This document shows, piece after piece, positions 60,570 through 64,000 of a DNA stretch of 64,000 bases. The position numbers and the translations under genes were made by a program. The notes below the pieces were generated by a model. That model searched no databases, had not been told where the DNA came from, and saw only the letters and a program-made list of their open reading frames with translations. The first letter of the stretch is position 1. Every line of letters begins with the position of its first letter. The stretch is from an uncultured Actinomycetota bacterium (GTDB lineage: Bacteria; Actinomycetota; Actinomycetes; Mycobacteriales; Geodermatophilaceae): the NCBI GenBank assembly GCA_963759905.1, contig CAVXBD010000002.1, forward strand, positions 7,673 to 71,672. The letters run 5' to 3'.

Positions 60570-60650
60570 CGCCGCGCCGCGCGGCGTGCTGACGGGCCCC
60601 GCGCCGCGCGGCCGTGCTGACGGGCCCCGCGCCGCGCGGCCTCGTGACGG
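60565..60650. repeat. ~28-bp GC-rich tandem repeat starting at the stop codon
   Basis: GCTGACGGGCCCCGCGCCGCGCGGCC twice plus degenerate flanking copies. Confidence 0.8.
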
Positions 60651-60680
60651 GCGCCACGCACGCGCACTAGCGTCGGGACC

Positions 60681-63600
60681 ATGTCCCGTCCCGACACCCT
60701 GCCCGGCCCCTCCGACGCGGTCGGTCACGGAACGGGTGGGATCGGGCGGCTGGCCGACCTGGCGGCGCTGGAGGCCGCCCGGACGGAGAAGGAGGCCATC
60801 CTCGACCGGGCCGCGGCGCTGGGCACCGAGGAGGTCGGGGCCCTCCCGGCCGGGCTGACCGCCGCCGACGTGCCGGCCCTGGTGCACCGGTACTACCGCG
60901 GGGAACCGGCCGCCGAGGTGGTGGACCACCAGCCCGACGAACTGGTCGGGCTGGCCCTGGACCACCTGCGGCTGGCCGCCGTGCGACCGCAGGGATCGGC
61001 CACGGTCGACCTGCAGCCCCCGGCCGACGGCGCCCCCGGCGTGCTCCGGGTGGTCACCGACGACATGCCCTTCCTGGTCGATTCGGTCGCCGCCGAGGTG
61101 GTCCGCCAGGGGGTGGGCCTCGAGCACGTGGTGCATCCGGTGGTGGTGGTCCGCCGCGACGTCACCGGCCGGTTGCTGGAGTTCTGCGACAGCGGGAATC
61201 CCGAGAGCTGCGGGGCGGACGCCCTCGCCGAGTCCTGGATGGCCGTCGTGCTGGTCGGGCCGGTCGACGAGGAGGCCGCCGAGGACCTTCTCGCCGGTCT
61301 GCGCACCGTGCTGGCCGACGTCCGGGGGGTGCACGAGGACGCCGCCCGGCTCACCGACCGGGCCCTGGACCTGGCGCACTTCCTGGACCAGGAGGACTGG
61401 GACGCCGCCGACCCGGTCGACGCCGCGGCCGGGGACCCGCACGAGGCCGCGGCCCTGCTGCGCTGGATGACCGAGGGCAACTTCGTCTTCCTCGGCGCAC
61501 GCGACGTCGACCTGGTCACCGACGCCGAGGGCAACCCGGCGACCGCGGCGGTGCCCGGCAGCGGGCTGGGCGTGCTGCGCGCCGACACCGACATGAGCAG
61601 CCCGGTGGTGCCCATCGGCACCGCCGCCCGTGACGTGGTGGGTCGTCGGGTGGTGGTGACCAAGGCCGACGTCCGCTCCACCGTGCACCGGCCGGCCTGG
61701 CTGGACGTGGTGGCGGTGACCCTGCCCGGCCCGCAGGGCACCCGGGGCCGGCAGCACCGGCTCGTCGGGTTGTTCCCCACCGGGGCCTACACCGCCAGCG
61801 TCACCGAGGTGCCGGTGCTGCGCCGCACGGCGGCCGCGGTGCTGGCCCGCTCGGGGGTGGCAGCCGACAGCCACACCGGCAAGGAACTGCTCGACGTGCT
61901 GGAGACCTACCCGCGCGACGAGCTGCTGCAGGTCGACGTGGACGAGCTGCTCCCGGTCGCGCTGGCCGTGCTGCACCTGCGGGAGCGCCGGCAGACCCGG
62001 CTCTTCCTGCGCCGGGACCCGCTGGGCCGGTTCTTCTCCGCGCTGGTCTACCTGCCCCGCGACCGCTACACCACCGAGGTCCGGCTGGCCATGCAGCAGC
62101 TGCTGCTGGAGCACCTGGGCGGCTCCAGCGTGGAGTACACCGCGCGCTCCACCGAGTCGGTGCTGGCCCGGCTGCACTTCGTGGTGCGGGTGCCGATCGG
62201 CAAGCGCGGGGCCTCCTCGCTGCCCGCCGTGGACGCCGCCGAGCTGGAGCGCCGGCTGGCCGCGGTGGCCCGCAGCTGGACCGACGACCTGGCCGACGTG
62301 CTGACCGCCGAGTACGGCGCGGACGCCGAGCGGCGGCTCGCCCAGGTCGCCGATGCCTTCCCGGCGGCCTACCAGGAGGACTTCCCGGCCTCGACCGCCG
62401 TCGCCGACCTGGACCAGCTGGAGTCCCTGGCCGAGGGCGAGCTGGCGCTGCGGTTGTGGACCCCCCGGGATGCCGCCCCCGGGGAGCGCCGGCTGACCGT
62501 GTTCCGGGTCGGCAAGCGACTGCTGCTCACCGACGTGCTGCCGGTGCTGCAGCACCTGGGCGTCGACGTGGTCGACGAGCGGCCCTACGAGATCGACCGG
62601 ATCGGCGCCCCGCTGGCCTGGGTGTACGACTTCGGGTTGGCGCTGCCCGCCGGGCACTCCGGTGGCCTGCCGGCCATGGACAGCCTGCCGCGCCGGTTCA
62701 CCGACGCCATCTCCGCCGTCTGGCGGTCCGACGCCGAGAGCGACGGGCTGGGCGCGCTGGTCCTGGTGGCCGGTCTGACCTGGCAGCAGGTCGCGGTCGT
62801 ACGGGCCTACGTGCAGTGGCTCCGGCAGGGCGGGTTGCCCTTCGGTGCGCGGTACGTGGAGAGCGCGTTGGCCGCGCACCCCGACGTGGTCGCCGGAGTG
62901 GTGGAGCTGTTCGCGGTGCGCTTCGACCCCGACCAGACCGGTGACCGGGCGGGTGCGGAACGGGCGCTGGTGCAGCGGCTGACCGAACGGATCAGCGCGG
63001 TGGAGTCCCTGGACGCCGACCGGGTGCTGAGCGCGCTGCTGGGTGCCGTGCTGGCCACCCAGCGGACCACCGCCTACGCGCCGGGCGCGTTCACCGGCGG
63101 CGCGCCGCTGGCGATCAAGCTGGACCCCCAGGCGGTCACCGACCTGCCCGAACCCCGGCCGGCCCGGGAGGTGTGGGTGTCCTCGCCCCGGGTGATCGGG
63201 GTGCACCTGCGGTTCGGTGCGGTGGCCCGCGGCGGGCTGCGCTGGTCCGACCGGCGGGAGGACCTGCGCACCGAGGTGCTGGGCCTGGTGAAGGCGCAGA
63301 CGGTGAAGAACACCGTGATCGTGCCCACCGGCGCCAAGGGCGGGTTCGTCGTGCTGCGCGGGCCGGGTGAGGGCGCCTCCCGGGAGGAGGTGCTGGCCGA
63401 GGGGCAGGCCTGCTACCGGCTGTTCATCGGGTCGTTGCTGGCGCTCACCGACAACCTGGTCGAGGGTGCCGTGGTCCCCCCGGAGCGGGTGGTGCGGCAC
63501 GACGGGGACGACACCTACCTCGTGGTCGCCGCTGACAAGGGCACCGCGACCTTCTCCGACCTGGCCAACGCGGTGGCCATCGAGCGGGGGTTCTGGCTGG

Positions 63601-64000
63601 GCGACGCCTTCGCCTCCGGCGGCTCCGTCGGCTACGACCACAAGGCGATGGGCATCACCGCGCGGGGCGCCTGGGAGTCGGTGACCCGGCACTTCCGGGA
63701 GCTGGGTGTGGACACCCAGTCCCAGGAGGTGACCGTCGTCGGCATCGGCGACATGAGCGGTGACGTGTTCGGCAACGGGATGCTGCTGTCCGAGCACCTC
63801 CGGCTGGTGGCCGCCTTCGACCACCGGCACGTGTTCATCGACCCCACCCCGGACGCGGCGCGCTCCTTCGCCGAGCGGCAGCGGTTGTTCGCCCTGCCCC
63901 GCTCCTCGTGGGCCGACTACGACCGGGACCTGATCAGCGCCGGGGGCGGGGTCTGGCCGCGGACGGCGAAGTCGGTGCCGGTCAGCGAGCCCATGCGCGA
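60681..64000 (+). CDS. gdhB: Large NAD-specific glutamate dehydrogenase (3' end outside window)
   Basis: ATG at 60681; TDDMPFLVDS, LETYPRDEL, RGGLRWSDRREDLRTEVLGLVKAQ, GAKGGF, AADKGTATFSD, GIGDMSGDVFGNG; absent from ORF track because it has no stop in the window. Confidence 0.93.
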   Translation, partial: MSRPDTLPGPSDAVGHGTGGIGRLADLAALEAARTEKEAILDRAAALGTEEVGALPAGLTAADVPALVHRYYRGEPAAEVVDHQPDELVGLALDHLRLAAVRPQGSATVDLQPPADGAPGVLRVVTDDMPFLVDSVAAEVVRQGVGLEHVVHPVVVVRRDVTGRLLEFCDSGNPESCGADALAESWMAVVLVGPVDEEAAEDLLAGLRTVLADVRGVHEDAARLTDRALDLAHFLDQEDWDAADPVDAAAGDPHEAAALLRWMTEGNFVFLGARDVDLVTDAEGNPATAAVPGSGLGVLRADTDMSSPVVPIGTAARDVVGRRVVVTKADVRSTVHRPAWLDVVAVTLPGPQGTRGRQHRLVGLFPTGAYTASVTEVPVLRRTAAAVLARSGVAADSHTGKELLDVLETYPRDELLQVDVDELLPVALAVLHLRERRQTRLFLRRDPLGRFFSALVYLPRDRYTTEVRLAMQQLLLEHLGGSSVEYTARSTESVLARLHFVVRVPIGKRGASSLPAVDAAELERRLAAVARSWTDDLADVLTAEYGADAERRLAQVADAFPAAYQEDFPASTAVADLDQLESLAEGELALRLWTPRDAAPGERRLTVFRVGKRLLLTDVLPVLQHLGVDVVDERPYEIDRIGAPLAWVYDFGLALPAGHSGGLPAMDSLPRRFTDAISAVWRSDAESDGLGALVLVAGLTWQQVAVVRAYVQWLRQGGLPFGARYVESALAAHPDVVAGVVELFAVRFDPDQTGDRAGAERALVQRLTERISAVESLDADRVLSALLGAVLATQRTTAYAPGAFTGGAPLAIKLDPQAVTDLPEPRPAREVWVSSPRVIGVHLRFGAVARGGLRWSDRREDLRTEVLGLVKAQTVKNTVIVPTGAKGGFVVLRGPGEGASREEVLAEGQACYRLFIGSLLALTDNLVEGAVVPPERVVRHDGDDTYLVVAADKGTATFSDLANAVAIERGFWLGDAFASGGSVGYDHKAMGITARGAWESVTRHFRELGVDTQSQEVTVVGIGDMSGDVFGNGMLLSEHLRLVAAFDHRHVFIDPTPDAARSFAERQRLFALPRSSWADYDRDLISAGGGVWPRTAKSVPVSEPMR

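Noticed and set aside
60066-63830. 1254-aa minus-strand ORF
   Set aside because: Antisense shadow of the NAD-glutamate dehydrogenase gene; stop-poor frames are expected at this GC content.

Overview
Very high-GC actinobacterial chromosome segment (Geodermatophilaceae-like; this is inferred from gene content and codon style). It is probably origin-proximal: it starts in dnaB and carries four perfect and one near-perfect parS-type palindromes (GTTCCACGTGGAAC). Most genes are housekeeping or stress-related. They include dinB, a TPP-riboswitch thiM-thiE-thiD-tenA operon, a split Tm-1-like gene pair, two SNF2-type helicases, pgm (frameshifted), a glycerol cluster with two glpK paralogues and GylR-type operators, a LOV-GAF-PP2C phosphatase, paired Fluc genes, otsAB, an orphan chemoreceptor, a ~2,080-aa surface protein with 18 FN3 repeats and a beta-propeller (frameshifted), amylosucrase, MarR/MMPL and a large NAD-glutamate dehydrogenase. 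The most striking unexplained signal is a helically phased, dyad-symmetric array (STCTA-N5-STCTA-N10-TAGAS-N5-TAGAS). It occurs twice, 106 bp apart, over the promoter of an uncharacterised AAA+ ATPase/winged-helix gene, and a third time 2.4 kb away. Also present are two gene relics, a REP-like palindrome family, stop-codon-anchored micro-duplications and many apparent leaderless promoters. No CRISPR array, rRNA, tRNA or intact mobile element was seen.
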